DNA of 64,000 nucleotides from Hyalangium minutum (GCF_000737315.1 NZ_JMCB01000006.1:620001-684000); one strand, 5' to 3'. Numbered from the stretch's first letter, positions 19,762-30,490 are shown. Notes: generated from the sequence alone by a model not told the origin. Numbers and translations are program-made.

Positions 19762-21618
19762 ATGATTACCCAAATCTTCTTCTCTCCTGCCCTCGCAGGT
19801 AAACGCGGCTTGCATGGGGGAACCCTCCAGCGACTCGGAAAAGTCGTCGTCCTCGCGGGTCCTAACGGCTCGGGAAAGTCCAGGTATCTCCAACTTGTTC
19901 ACGATATCTGTAGGCTCCCATTCTTAAGCCCTGGTAACCCCAACAATTACCAGCTTCACCAGCTCGCTCGTGAGGCGTTCCTCCGCAGTACATTCTCTCC
20001 AGAAATCGGCGATAATCCTCCATTTGCCGAGGCTAACGGCCTCGTTCGCCTGGGCACCACCGGCCTACCACCCGTTTTGGTCGAACTCTCGTATCCCGCG
20101 CAGCATTCTCAGGTCCCCGATGCGCGAATGATGGGCCCTCTACAACTTGAGGATGCCGCTCAGACCACGGTCAGTTTGGGCTTTGAGAATGCGTTCCAGG
20201 GGATGCACGCCTACTGCACCCTGATCGCGCAGGCGATGTGCCACTCCGAGAACCCCCGGATGACACAACTCGACACTGCCGCCCTCCAGCACGACTCCAT
20301 GTTGTTCAACAGCATCCTTCGGGCACTTCTGGACAAGGAACTCGGCTTCGCCTTTGAGAAAACCGAGATCCGGCCAACTTTACGAAACCGGCCGCTCGTA
20401 GTGAGCGAACTCTCAACGGGAGAGCAAATCCTACTCACGTGGGCAATCAGCCTTCATCGGCAGCGAGAAGCCCTCTCCAAAGCAATCGTCCTGATCGATG
20501 AGCCCGAAAGTCATCTCCATCACGACGCATGCATCCGAGCCCTCACCAAGTTGCGAGATGAAGTATTGGGTCCTGAGGGCCAGATATGGCTGGCGACCCA
20601 CTCTGTGCCTCTACTGGCCTGGGGCGGACTGGATTCGGTCAACTTCGTCAGGGACGGCAATATCGAGTTCGCAGGGAATAAGGTCACCTCGGTTGTCGAA
20701 TCGCTGCTGGGCGGTAAGGACGGCCGAGACCGGCTCAAGACCTTCATCGCTGACGCCGAGGAGATCGCCTTCATGGAGTTCGCCGCACAATGCGTGCTGC
20801 CTGCAGGCGTGGCGGATCCGAAGACGGGTGACAAGCAGGAGACGCAGTTCATTGAGGTGATCCGCCAGCGGATCATGTCCCAGCAACTCATCCGGATCCT
20901 AGATTTCTCCGCTGGCAAGGGCCGCTTCGGGAGTGCTCTTCGCGAACACCTAGCCACCTACGCAGACGCGTCCGTCAAGCCACGGATCGAATACCACGCC
21001 TACAACGTCCCTGACATCAGGGACTCCACTGTAGAGGAAGCTTGCAAGGAGAGAATCGCGGCGTTGGAGCAGCCAGGATCCGTCGACGACTACTACTGGG
21101 GGAACCTGCCGCAGTTGCAAGCCAGGCACGGACCAACCTTCGACTTGGTCATCCTCTGCAACGTCCTTCACGAGATCAAACCGGAAGAGTGGCTGGCTGT
21201 CTTCCGGGACATCCATGAAGTGTTGGCGCCTGATGGTGTCCTCTTGGTGATGGAGGATCTGATCCTGCCTGTGGGCGAACTCCCGAATGAACGCGGCTAC
21301 CTGCTCCTAGATGATTTCGGTCTCGGTCGGCTCTTCGGGGATCCTAAGGGGATCAAGCTCCTTCAAAAGCGGGACGATCGCCTGCTGGCTGTGGAGATCC
21401 CCAAGTCTCTGGTGTCGCGTGTCACCCCTGAGACCCGCGCGAGTGCGCTGCGCCACATACGGGACCACGCGAGGGTGGAGGTAAACCGAATCCGGAGCAA
21501 GGCGACGGCTGCGCCCTCGCATCGCCTGGGTCGCGAGCATGCGCACTACTCGATGCTCTTCACCAACGCGAGCCTTGCGCTGGAGGCCTTTAACATGACC
21601 TCTCGCGTCGCCGATTGA
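19762..21618 (+). CDS. ABC-type ATPase (AAA_21/OLD-like) fused to a class I SAM-dependent methyltransferase
   Basis: GPNGSGKS, LSTGEQ, VLIDEPESHLH, LATHS; then ILDFSAGKGRFG and FDLVILCNVLHEI. Visibly lower GC than its flanks. Confidence 0.8.
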   Translation: MITQIFFSPALAGKRGLHGGTLQRLGKVVVLAGPNGSGKSRYLQLVHDICRLPFLSPGNPNNYQLHQLAREAFLRSTFSPEIGDNPPFAEANGLVRLGTTGLPPVLVELSYPAQHSQVPDARMMGPLQLEDAAQTTVSLGFENAFQGMHAYCTLIAQAMCHSENPRMTQLDTAALQHDSMLFNSILRALLDKELGFAFEKTEIRPTLRNRPLVVSELSTGEQILLTWAISLHRQREALSKAIVLIDEPESHLHHDACIRALTKLRDEVLGPEGQIWLATHSVPLLAWGGLDSVNFVRDGNIEFAGNKVTSVVESLLGGKDGRDRLKTFIADAEEIAFMEFAAQCVLPAGVADPKTGDKQETQFIEVIRQRIMSQQLIRILDFSAGKGRFGSALREHLATYADASVKPRIEYHAYNVPDIRDSTVEEACKERIAALEQPGSVDDYYWGNLPQLQARHGPTFDLVILCNVLHEIKPEEWLAVFRDIHEVLAPDGVLLVMEDLILPVGELPNERGYLLLDDFGLGRLFGDPKGIKLLQKRDDRLLAVEIPKSLVSRVTPETRASALRHIRDHARVEVNRIRSKATAAPSHRLGREHAHYSMLFTNASLALEAFNMTSRVAD

Positions 21619-21643
21619 GGACGATGTCTTCCCTCTAGCGGCC

Positions 21644-21662
21644 AGTCCTTGTGCTAAACCGG
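21644..21662 (+). promoter_or_regulatory. extended -10-like element AGTCCTTGTGCTAAACCGG
   Basis: Shares TTGTGCTAAACC and an upstream AGTCC with 3012-3032; GGAGGG RBS follows. Confidence 0.55.
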
Positions 21663-21692
21663 TGGGCCCACGCTGGAGGGTTCTAGAGCGTC

Positions 21693-24600
21693 ATGGCCAA
21701 CCTCGCGATCGGCAACATCGAGAAAGTACGCGCCCTTGCGGCCAACGGCCGCGTACTCCTGGCCGGAGGCGCTCGCGCTGCCTCCGCCAGCAAGCTCACT
21801 GCCTACGACTTCAACGCCAACAAGGTCCTCTGGTCCGTGGACCTCCCCTCCGCTGCCTCCGCCCTCGCCATTGCCGGTGAGCGCTGGATCGCTGCAGGCT
21901 CGGACGGCACCGTGCGCATCGGCGCCCTAGGTGACGGCAAGGTGGAGCGCGAGCTGGCCCACGCGCACCCCGGTGGCTGCACCGCTGTCGCCCTCAGCCC
22001 GGACTCACAGCGCCTCTATACGGTGGGCGTCGATGGGTACCTCCGAGGCTGGGCCCTCGACTCGGGCAAGAAGCTCCACGAGTGGCAGGCCTCGCCTCAG
22101 CCCCTCCGCGCCGTCGCCGTCGACCCGAGCCACACCTTCGCCGCCTGCGCCGGCGATGACGCCGTGGTCCGCTCCTTCACCCTCGCCACCGGCGCCCGCC
22201 GCGACATGGCCGGCCATGAGGGCCCCGTCCGCGCCCTCGCCTTCACCCCTCGCGATGGGCGCCTCGCCTCCACGGGCGATGATGGCCGCATCCGCATCTG
22301 GTACCTCGTCGGCGCCGTCGAGTTCGAGGTGCGCGGTGAGAAGGACTCCGGTCACGCCGGGCCCGTGCTCGCTCTCTTCTTCACCCCCACGCCCACCGCT
22401 GAGCCCGGCCAGGAGCCCGGCGACCGGTTCTGGACCGCGGGTGCCGATGGCAAGGTGAAGGTCTGGCGCCTCGATGAGCGCCGCAAGCCTCGTACCCTCG
22501 ACTGCGGCAGCAAGCCGCTCCACGCGCTCGCCTTCTCGCCGCCGCCCAACTCGCGGCAGGCCAAGACGATGCTCGGCCACGTCTTCACCGGTGGCGACGA
22601 GCGCCGCGTGTACCGATTCACCGTGGAGCCGGACGGCAAGCCCTCCGACGAGCAGCTCGACTACGCCCACGGCTTCGACGCCTTCACCGAGTCCCTCAGC
22701 GGCGGCCGCCCCAAGCGCGAGGCCGCCGTCCGCGAGGCCGTCGCCCTCGAAGAGCCCGAGGCGCTCGACTTCGTCCTCAAGGTCCTCTCTACCGACCGCG
22801 AGGCCGAGGTCCGCAAGCTCGCCGCCTCCGAGCTCGCCTCCAAGGGCCGCACCGCCGCCCGCCCCAAGCTGCGCGAGCGCCTGGATGACGACCACGCCGC
22901 CGTCCGCGCCGCAGCCCTCGAAGCCCTGGCCGCGCTGGAGGAGACTCCGCTCGCCGCCCCGCGCGCCGCGCTCGACTCGCGCTTCGCGGACATCCGCATC
23001 GCGGGCCTCCGGCGCCTGGCGAAGCTCGCGGGCACGTCCCCGCTGGTGCCCGGCCTCATCGCCGGCAAGCTCACGGACTCCGATACCAACGTGGGCCTGG
23101 CCGCGCTCGATGCCCTCACCGAGGCGTCCCCCGCTGGCAGCACCGAGCCGCTGAAGACCGCCTTCGAGCGGGGCCCTGCGCACATCAAGGCGGAGGTGCT
23201 CATCCGCGCCGCCAGCGCGGGGCAGCTCGGTGCCGCACAGCTCCAGCCGCTGGTCGCCCGGGCCCTGGATGACTCGGACTCCGACGTGCGCCGCGTGGCC
23301 TTCACCGTGCGCGTGCTGGAGCACCGGCCGCTGGCCCAGGTGCTGGAGAAGAAGGACGAGGACTTCCGCCTCGCCCTGCGCGATGTGGCCCGCCGCACGG
23401 TGCTCTCGGCCAAGCGCTTGGCCCCCGAGGGACAGGCCGGGAAGTTCTCCACCGAGGGCGAAGTCACCGCTGCCCTCGACAAGCTCCTGGAGAAGCTCAT
23501 CGGCAAGGGCCAGCCGGGCGAAGCGCTCTCCGAGGCTGATCAGGAGCCGCTGCTCGCCGCCATGGCCTGCCGCACCCCCGACACCGCCGTCCGAGGCGCC
23601 CGTGGGTTGGCGCAGCTCGGAGATGCCCGCGCCCTGGGCGCCCTGCTCCAGCTGTCTCGCGAGCCGGACGCCTCCATCCGCCGTCAGGCGGCCACCTCGC
23701 TCCAGGCCCTGCAGGACGCTCAGGCCCGTGAGCGGCTCGTGTGGATGCTGGATGACGCGGACGCGGACGTTCGTGTCTCGGCGCTCGAGGCCGTCACCGC
23801 GCTCGATGCGGAGACGCCGCTCTCCAGCGCCGAGGCCGCGCTGCGCTCCGGCTTCGAGGACGTGCGCGTCCGGGGACTCGACCGGCTCGTGAAGCTGGGC
23901 GCGCAGGGCAAGCGCCCGGAAGGCGCGGAGCCGCTGCTCGGCAATGCGCTCGAGGACGAGTCCTCCAAGGTCCGCGGCGAGGCCTTCCGCACCCTCTGGG
24001 CCTGGAACGAGAAGGAGCCGCAGAAGGCCCTGGACCGGGCCCTGTCCGGCCGCTTCCCGGACCTGCGCCTGCGCGCCGTGGAAGAGCTGGCCACGCGCTC
24101 CAAGGAAGACTGGGCGATCGAGCGGCTGAAGAAGACCGTGCAGGACCGCGACGCCAACGTGGCCACCGCCGCGTACGAGGCGTGGGTGAAGCTCGCTGGC
24201 AAGGAGAAGCCCGAGCCCCACCTCGCCACGCTGGAGACGGCCCACGCCTCGCTGCGCACGCTCGGGGCGAAGAACGCCGTCCACGCTCCGGCCGAGGCGA
24301 TGCGCTCGCCGCTGCTCAAGCTCATCCAGGACGAGGAGCCCTCCGTCCACCTCCAGGCACTGGAGTCACTCGACAAGCTCGTGCCCCACGAGAACGGGCC
24401 GCTGCTCGCGGGCCTGCTCTCCGCCACCCTGCCCCTGAAGGTGCGCGCCGCGGAGCTGCTCGCCGCGCGCGGTGCCGAGGACATCATCGAGCCGATGCGC
24501 GTCCTCATCACCGACAAGGAGCTCGAGCGTCGCTACCCGCCCGCGTTCCTTAACCCGCTGCGCGCCCGCGCCGCGAGCGCCCTGGCCACGCTGGGCTCGC

Positions 24601-27600
24601 GCCGGCTGCTCTCCTTCTATGCCACCACGCTCCTCAAGCACGAGCTGGGCGAGGTGCGCGAGCAGGGCGGCCGAGGCCTCGCCACCGCCAGCCGCCGGGG
24701 CGATGAGGGCTTCCTGCTGGATGCGCTCGGCCACGCGGACGTGGCGGTGCGCTCCTGGGCCGCGGACGGTCTCTCGCGTCTGGGTGACGCGCGCGCCCTG
24801 CCCGTGCTCACCGGCACGCTGCGGCATGACCACCTGCCCATCCGCCTGGGCGCCATCCTCTCCTTCGCGGCGCTCGGCGCCGAGGGCGAGGGCGGCATGC
24901 TCCACGGCCTCGAGGACCGTGCCCGCGAAGTGCAGGAGATGGTGTTCGCCATCATCCTCGCGAGGGACCTCCGTGCCTCCCGCCGGGGTGAGCCGCCGGA
25001 TCTGCTCACCAGCGCCCTCTCCAGCGCCCGCCCCGAGGTCCGCTACGCCGCCGCCCGCGCTCTGGAGCTGCGCGCCGACCCCGAGGCCTACCAGGCCCAC
25101 CTCGTGGAGGGCCTGCTGCCGCCCAAGCCGGAGAAGGCCGGCGACATGAAGGAGTGGCCCGCCGAGGAGGATCGCGCCCGCCGCATGGTGGGGCTCGCCG
25201 AGGCGCTCGCCAGCGACGTCCCCGAGCAGCGCTACGCCGCTGCCCAGGTGCTGAACCTCCGCCACAAGCCGCTCGACTACTTCCGCGAGGCCCAGAAGGT
25301 GGCGCGCCCGCGCTCGCTGGAGCAGCCGTGGAAGCCTGAAACTTCACCCAAGCCCCGGCCCGAGGCGGAGAAGCCTGCCAAGAGCTGGCTGCGGCGCCTC
25401 TTCTCTTCTGGCAAGGAGGCCACGCCCTCCTCCGAGGCCCTGGTCTCCGCCGAGCGCCAGCACCTGCGCCGGCTGGCCTTCGGTGCCTACGTCGGTCTGC
25501 TGCGGCAGGTCTCCGCTGGAGACGACGAGGGCCACCGCGTGCGCCGCGATGCCGTGGACCGCGTGGTGAAGCTCACCCAGGAGGGCTTCGCCGGACAGCC
25601 CGCCGCCGTGGCCGCGCTCCTGCGCGCGCTGGAGGACCCGCACCAGCTCGTGCGCAAGGCGGCGCTCGCGGGACTCAAAGAGCTGTACCCCGCGGGCTCG
25701 GATGAGCCGCTGTCGCTGGCCCTGGCCTCGCTGTCCCAGGACGTGGCCCGCGCCGCCCTGGACGAGCTGGCCTCCCGAGGCGATGCCGCCCGGCCTCGCA
25801 TCACCGCCGCGCTCAACTCGCCGCTGCCGGACGTGCGCAAGTACGCCTTCGAGCTGCTGGAGAAGCTCAGCCCCGCGGGCAGCCTGGAGCCGCTGCTGGC
25901 CGCGCTCTCCAGTGAGCACGCGGATCTCCGCATCGGCGTCATCGAGCGTCTCTCCGGTGCCAACGACTCGCGCGTCACCGAGGCGCTCGGCCGCGCCATG
26001 GCCAGCGAGCACGAAGACCTGCGGATGCGCGCCTCGGAGCTGCTCGCGTGGCGCAAGGATGACCGGGCCGTGGAGGTGCTGACGGCCTTCCTGCGCTCGG
26101 AGAACGCGGCCTACGCCAAGCGCGCCATGGAGGCCCTGGCCCGCCTCGCGACGCCCGCCGCCGTGAGCGCGCTCGCGGGCCGGCTGCGCACCTCGACGAG
26201 CCTGGACGAGCGCAACAACCTCGTGAACGCCCTGGGCCGCACCCTGCGCCCGGAGGCCGTGGAGGTGCTGTCACGGCAGGTGCTCGAGGACGAGGCCCCG
26301 AGCGTGCGCCTCGCCTGCATCACCGCCGCCATGGCGGTGGCGGACCGGAACGTGAAGCCGCTGCCCGATGGCACCCCCGACATGAAGCTGCGGGACGCCG
26401 AGCTGGCGGTCCGCTTCCTGCGCTCGGCCGCGCGCTCTAATGATGTGGCGGTGCGGCTGGCCGTGCCCCTCGAGCTGGAGCACGGCGCCGACGCGGGCCA
26501 GGACGCGCTGCTGCTGAGCCTCTTCACGGACCGCGACGTGACGGTGCGCCGCGAGGCCGTGGCCCGCTACTCCCAGCGCGTGGTGAACCAGGGCGCGAAG
26601 GTGGCACCCATCGAGGAGGTGCTCCGCGCCGGGGCTCGCGAGCTGATGCTGCCCGCCGCCGAGGCCGCGGCCTTCAAGCGGCTTCCGAGCGCGCTGCGCC
26701 CCCTGCTGCTGTACGTGCGGGCCGGTGAGGAGGGAGAGCGCGAGCGGGCCCTCCTGGCGCTGGGCTCGCTCGGAGACGTGCGCGCCCTGGCCGAGCTGGA
26801 GGCCGTGGCCGCCGGTGGAACGCTGGAGGCTCCCGCCGAGCCGAGCATGGTGGTCGCCGCCATCGAGGCCCTGGGCCGGCTCGCCTCGAAGCTCCCCGAG
26901 GGCGAGGAGCGCAGACGCATCGAAGAGAAGGTGGAGAGCGAGGCGGTCGAATCGGACTCCTTCGAGCAGCAGCAGGCCGGTGTGCGAGGCCTGCGCTACA
27001 TCGGTGGCGAGCGCGCCCGGGTGAAGATGGAGGCGCTGCTCACCGACGACTCCACAACGGACACCGTCCGCGTCACCGCCGCGACAGAGCTGGGCAAGCT
27101 GGGCGACCTGGCGGCCGAGTCCGCGCTGGCCTCGGTGCTCGACTCGCACGACTACGCGCTGCGCAGGGAGTCGCGCAAGGCGCTCGACATCCTCTTCCCG
27201 AAGGACCGGGTGCGAGTCGAGTTCCTCGCCGTGGCGAGCCGCTTCTCGGACATCTCCGAGCCTGCCGCCACGTACCTCGCCGAGGAGGCGGATCCCGCGC
27301 TGCTCGTCCCCAAGCTGGCGACGCTGAAGGACGAGACGCTGCGGCGGAGGATCCGCCGGGGTCTGGCGCGTCGAGGCGCCCTGCCTATCACGGAGCTGGC
27401 CGCGCTGCTTGCCCACGAGCTGCCGCAGGCGCGCGAGGAGGCCGCCCTCGTCATCGGCACGTGGACGGGCGAGCCTCGGGCACCGCTGCCGGCCTCGGAC
27501 CTGGCCACGCTCTCCGGAGCGCTGGCGAAGGCCGAGCGGCGCACCTCCTCCGAGTGGACCTCGGCGCCCGGCCCCAAGCGGCCCCCGCTGGCCCGCGCGT

Positions 27601-28247
27601 GGGAGCGGCTGCTGTGGGCCAGCGCGCGGTTTGGCGTCGTGGAAGTGACCACGGGGGCGCGAGCCATCCTCCAGGGTGGCGCTACCGGGGCTCCCGCGGA
27701 GGTTCGCCAGGAGGCAGCCCGCGCGCTGAGCACGCTCGGAACGGCGGAGGCAGGCGCGAAGCCTGTCCTCTCCGCTCCCAAGGAGCTCACCGCCGCAACC
27801 GAGGCGCTCCGGGCCGCGCTCGCGGATCCGGATGCCCGGGTGCGCGAGGCCGCCGCGGCCTCGCTGGCCCGGCTCGCACCGGACCGCGCCGCGTGGGCGC
27901 TGGAGGTGAAGCCCTTCGACCCCGTGGCCGTGGGGCCCATGGGCGTGGGGCTGAAGGACTCGAAGTCGCTCACCTCCTCCGAGGGCCGCCGGGTGGCCCT
28001 GCCCACGGTGATTGCCGCGCACCAGCTCGATCCGCTGCGTCCGCTGGCCACCGGTGGCAGCGCTGAGGTGAAGCCGGAAGCCTGGGCCGCGCTGGGGCGC
28101 CTGGGTGGAGATGAGGCCGCGGAGCTGCTGCGCGGCCAGGCCTTCGACAAGGGCCAATCGGTGGAGCTGCGCAAGGCGGCCTACCGCGCCCACAAACGTG
28201 CACGCCGGGCCGCTGAGCGCGCCCGCAAGGGAGGAAATCCGTCGTGA
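21693..28247 (+). CDS. giant WD40 + HEAT/ARM repeat protein (2184 aa), type XIII retron-associated
   Basis: N-terminal WD40 blades (GHEGPVRALAF...DDGRIRIW); many HEAT_2 repeats (DxDxxVRxxA). Confidence 0.85.
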   Translation: MANLAIGNIEKVRALAANGRVLLAGGARAASASKLTAYDFNANKVLWSVDLPSAASALAIAGERWIAAGSDGTVRIGALGDGKVERELAHAHPGGCTAVALSPDSQRLYTVGVDGYLRGWALDSGKKLHEWQASPQPLRAVAVDPSHTFAACAGDDAVVRSFTLATGARRDMAGHEGPVRALAFTPRDGRLASTGDDGRIRIWYLVGAVEFEVRGEKDSGHAGPVLALFFTPTPTAEPGQEPGDRFWTAGADGKVKVWRLDERRKPRTLDCGSKPLHALAFSPPPNSRQAKTMLGHVFTGGDERRVYRFTVEPDGKPSDEQLDYAHGFDAFTESLSGGRPKREAAVREAVALEEPEALDFVLKVLSTDREAEVRKLAASELASKGRTAARPKLRERLDDDHAAVRAAALEALAALEETPLAAPRAALDSRFADIRIAGLRRLAKLAGTSPLVPGLIAGKLTDSDTNVGLAALDALTEASPAGSTEPLKTAFERGPAHIKAEVLIRAASAGQLGAAQLQPLVARALDDSDSDVRRVAFTVRVLEHRPLAQVLEKKDEDFRLALRDVARRTVLSAKRLAPEGQAGKFSTEGEVTAALDKLLEKLIGKGQPGEALSEADQEPLLAAMACRTPDTAVRGARGLAQLGDARALGALLQLSREPDASIRRQAATSLQALQDAQARERLVWMLDDADADVRVSALEAVTALDAETPLSSAEAALRSGFEDVRVRGLDRLVKLGAQGKRPEGAEPLLGNALEDESSKVRGEAFRTLWAWNEKEPQKALDRALSGRFPDLRLRAVEELATRSKEDWAIERLKKTVQDRDANVATAAYEAWVKLAGKEKPEPHLATLETAHASLRTLGAKNAVHAPAEAMRSPLLKLIQDEEPSVHLQALESLDKLVPHENGPLLAGLLSATLPLKVRAAELLAARGAEDIIEPMRVLITDKELERRYPPAFLNPLRARAASALATLGSRRLLSFYATTLLKHELGEVREQGGRGLATASRRGDEGFLLDALGHADVAVRSWAADGLSRLGDARALPVLTGTLRHDHLPIRLGAILSFAALGAEGEGGMLHGLEDRAREVQEMVFAIILARDLRASRRGEPPDLLTSALSSARPEVRYAAARALELRADPEAYQAHLVEGLLPPKPEKAGDMKEWPAEEDRARRMVGLAEALASDVPEQRYAAAQVLNLRHKPLDYFREAQKVARPRSLEQPWKPETSPKPRPEAEKPAKSWLRRLFSSGKEATPSSEALVSAERQHLRRLAFGAYVGLLRQVSAGDDEGHRVRRDAVDRVVKLTQEGFAGQPAAVAALLRALEDPHQLVRKAALAGLKELYPAGSDEPLSLALASLSQDVARAALDELASRGDAARPRITAALNSPLPDVRKYAFELLEKLSPAGSLEPLLAALSSEHADLRIGVIERLSGANDSRVTEALGRAMASEHEDLRMRASELLAWRKDDRAVEVLTAFLRSENAAYAKRAMEALARLATPAAVSALAGRLRTSTSLDERNNLVNALGRTLRPEAVEVLSRQVLEDEAPSVRLACITAAMAVADRNVKPLPDGTPDMKLRDAELAVRFLRSAARSNDVAVRLAVPLELEHGADAGQDALLLSLFTDRDVTVRREAVARYSQRVVNQGAKVAPIEEVLRAGARELMLPAAEAAAFKRLPSALRPLLLYVRAGEEGERERALLALGSLGDVRALAELEAVAAGGTLEAPAEPSMVVAAIEALGRLASKLPEGEERRRIEEKVESEAVESDSFEQQQAGVRGLRYIGGERARVKMEALLTDDSTTDTVRVTAATELGKLGDLAAESALASVLDSHDYALRRESRKALDILFPKDRVRVEFLAVASRFSDISEPAATYLAEEADPALLVPKLATLKDETLRRRIRRGLARRGALPITELAALLAHELPQAREEAALVIGTWTGEPRAPLPASDLATLSGALAKAERRTSSEWTSAPGPKRPPLARAWERLLWASARFGVVEVTTGARAILQGGATGAPAEVRQEAARALSTLGTAEAGAKPVLSAPKELTAATEALRAALADPDARVREAAAASLARLAPDRAAWALEVKPFDPVAVGPMGVGLKDSKSLTSSEGRRVALPTVIAAHQLDPLRPLATGGSAEVKPEAWAALGRLGGDEAAELLRGQAFDKGQSVELRKAAYRAHKRARRAAERARKGGNPS

Positions 28248-30082
28248 CGACCGCCACCCGACACCCCGTCGAGCTGCGCTACGCCACCGCGAGCGACGTG
28301 GAAGCACGCACGGAGAACTCGCGCGTGCTGCTGGCCTTGGAGGGCTCTCGCGGCACCGTGGGCCTCCGCGGCCGGGTGCGTGAGCCCGCCCTCTTCCGCG
28401 ACGCGCTGGCTGCCACGCTCGGAGTGCTCGCCAGTGACTTGCGCTACCGCGGCCGGGACCGCACCGCGTACCTCGCCTACCTCATGAAGCAGGGCAAGCG
28501 CGCCACCGCGCAGATCTGGGAGGCGCAGAAGGCGTTCCTGGACGCCTCGCTCCAGAGCGAGGAGCAGAAGGACACCGTGCTGGATCCCGTCCTCACGGTG
28601 GATCCGGATCAGGTGTCCCTGGAGGTGTTCTCCCGCGACGAGAGCGCCTACGCCCGGCTGGCCTTCGACAACACCCTCTTCGACGGGCGCGAGGCGGCGC
28701 ACGGCTCCACCTTCCTGGACGTGCCGCCCGAGCTGGTCAACAAGGTGGACCGGCTGCGCACCTACGTGCCGCTCTCGCTGGAGGCCCACGTGGCGCTGCC
28801 CGCCCGAGAGGCCCGAGCCCCGCGCAACGTGGAGGTGCCGCACGCCTGGCTGCGCGGCTTCCTCCAGGTGCAGTCCGCCGCCACGCTCCCGGCGAACACG
28901 TGCACGCTGGCGCCCATCGATCTCTACAACCTGCTGTTCGCGCTGCGCACCCGGAAGGCGAAGAAGGCCCCGCGCGCGCTGCGCTTCGAGCTGGTCCCCG
29001 GCGCGCCGCCGCGCATGGTGCTGGAGCCGTGGGAGCTGGTGCTGGAGTGCCACGCCTCCGTGTACACGGGCACGGCGCCGGCGGTGGTGCGCACCTTCGG
29101 CCGTCAGCGGCTCGCGGCCCTGGCGCGCCTGCTGCCCCACGCCCAGAGCGTCCGGGTGCAGCTGCTCGGCCCGGGCCTGCCGGTGTTCTGGGTGATGGAC
29201 ATGGGCCCGGCCACGCTGACGCTGGCGCTCACGGGCTGGACGGAGAGCGGCTGGTCCAGCGCTGCGGCCTTCGACGTGCTGATGCCGCGCGCGGTGCCAG
29301 AGGGACTCTCGGAGAAGCTGCGCCAGCGGCTGCGCTCGGAGGGCCCGCTCTCCTTCGAGACACTGGTCGCGGGCGCGGGAGCCCCGAAGGACGCGGTGCG
29401 CGCGGCACTGCAGCTCGAGTGCCTGCGCGGACGCATCCTCTATGACATCGCACGAGGCGCGTACCGCCCGCGCGAGCTGATGCCCACGCCGGTGGACGAG
29501 GCCGTCATCCGCTTCGGCAGCGAGCGCGAGGCCCGGGCGCACCGGCTGCTGGGCGACGGCGGTCCGGGCGCGGGCGAGGTGAAGGTGACGAAGGTGCACG
29601 AGGTGGTGGGCGAGGGCACTCGCATCCACGGCGAAGTCGTGGACCGCGAGGCCGTGCGCAGCTTCTTCCCTGTCTTCACCTTGGACCTGGAGGGCCGCGT
29701 GAAGGAGGCCAGCTGCGGCTGCCCGCACTTCCGCCGCTCCGGCCTGCGCGAGGGCCCCTGCGAGCACATGATCGCCCTGCGGCTGGCATACGCCCGGCAG
29801 CGTGCGGCCGAGGAAGCCCTGCGCCAGACGCCCGAGGGCCGCAAGCACATCCGCGCGGAGACGCGCTCGTACGTGCGCCGCGAGGCCAGCGGACAAGAGC
29901 AGGTGTACCGCGTCTCCCTGGACGGCAAGCTGGTGGCCGTGGAGTGGGGCCCTCGCCTGGGCGACGCCCGCCACCAGAAGCTCTGGTTCGACACGGACGC
30001 CGAGGCCCGCACCGCCTACTTCGCGCGCCTGGAAGAACTGGCCTCCGAGGGCTTTATCGATGCCGCCTCGGCGATGGTGTGA
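28244..30082 (+). CDS. winged-helix + SWIM zinc finger + WGR-like protein, type XIII retron-associated
   Basis: SWIM CGCPHF...GPCEH; wHTH around LSFETL...GRILYD; C-terminal VEWGPRLG. GTGA overlap with the upstream gene. Confidence 0.85.
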   Translation: MTTATRHPVELRYATASDVEARTENSRVLLALEGSRGTVGLRGRVREPALFRDALAATLGVLASDLRYRGRDRTAYLAYLMKQGKRATAQIWEAQKAFLDASLQSEEQKDTVLDPVLTVDPDQVSLEVFSRDESAYARLAFDNTLFDGREAAHGSTFLDVPPELVNKVDRLRTYVPLSLEAHVALPAREARAPRNVEVPHAWLRGFLQVQSAATLPANTCTLAPIDLYNLLFALRTRKAKKAPRALRFELVPGAPPRMVLEPWELVLECHASVYTGTAPAVVRTFGRQRLAALARLLPHAQSVRVQLLGPGLPVFWVMDMGPATLTLALTGWTESGWSSAAAFDVLMPRAVPEGLSEKLRQRLRSEGPLSFETLVAGAGAPKDAVRAALQLECLRGRILYDIARGAYRPRELMPTPVDEAVIRFGSEREARAHRLLGDGGPGAGEVKVTKVHEVVGEGTRIHGEVVDREAVRSFFPVFTLDLEGRVKEASCGCPHFRRSGLREGPCEHMIALRLAYARQRAAEEALRQTPEGRKHIRAETRSYVRREASGQEQVYRVSLDGKLVAVEWGPRLGDARHQKLWFDTDAEARTAYFARLEELASEGFIDAASAMV

Positions 30083-30151
30083 TCTACAATCAGCCCGGCC
30101 GCCTCACGGGTGGCCACCACGAAAGGAGTGACGCCACCCAGACTCTTCAGC

Positions 30152-30429
30152 GCGAGCAACCGAGAGAGGTCCCAAAGCCATCAGCCTCAGCGCCTCGAGC
30201 GCGGGAGCGGCGCTGCGCCGCTCTGGATGCAATGCTGGACACTCTCCGCAAGGTAGCCTGTTCTTGGCTCTCATCCCACCGTCAGTACTCCGGCCGGGTG
30301 TAGAGCTGAGCCAACGACGCAACCGCCGTTTCTTCACCCGGCCGGAGTACTGACGGTGGGGAGAGCCGGTGAGGCTACCGTGCCCCAGGTAAGCAGGTGG
30401 TGCCTTGGGGGCCTCTCTCAGTTGCTTGC
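30152..30429 (+). ncRNA. msr-msd: retron msr-msd ncRNA, copy 1 (no RT adjacent), Mx162/Sa163 family
   Basis: Terminal a1/a2 inverted repeats (30152-30169 / 30412-30429); AGAGGTCCCAAAGCCATCAG with predicted branching G at 30184; perfect 26-bp msd stem (30275-30300 / 30335-30360). Confidence 0.9.
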
Positions 30430-30450
30430 TCGACGAGCCGCCAACAGCTT

Positions 30451-30466
30451 TTTGACAGCGCTGTCA
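30451..30466. promoter_or_regulatory. LacI-family operator overlapping a sigma-70 promoter
   Basis: Perfect palindrome TTGACAGCGCTGTCAA; TTGACA doubles as the -35, with TGCTAAGA downstream. Confidence 0.8.
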
Positions 30467-30490
30467 AGCCTCTGCTAAGAGCTTCGGCTT

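Noticed and set aside
30275-30360. msd copy 1 hairpin as a terminator or REP element after the SWIM gene
   Set aside because: There is no U-tract, and it is embedded in the full msr/a1-a2 scaffold shared with the RT-adjacent copy.
30430-30490. RT pseudogene remnant after ncRNA copy 1
   Set aside because: Only about 60 bp separate the ncRNA from lacI, and they hold the operator and promoter; no RT-like sequence is visible.
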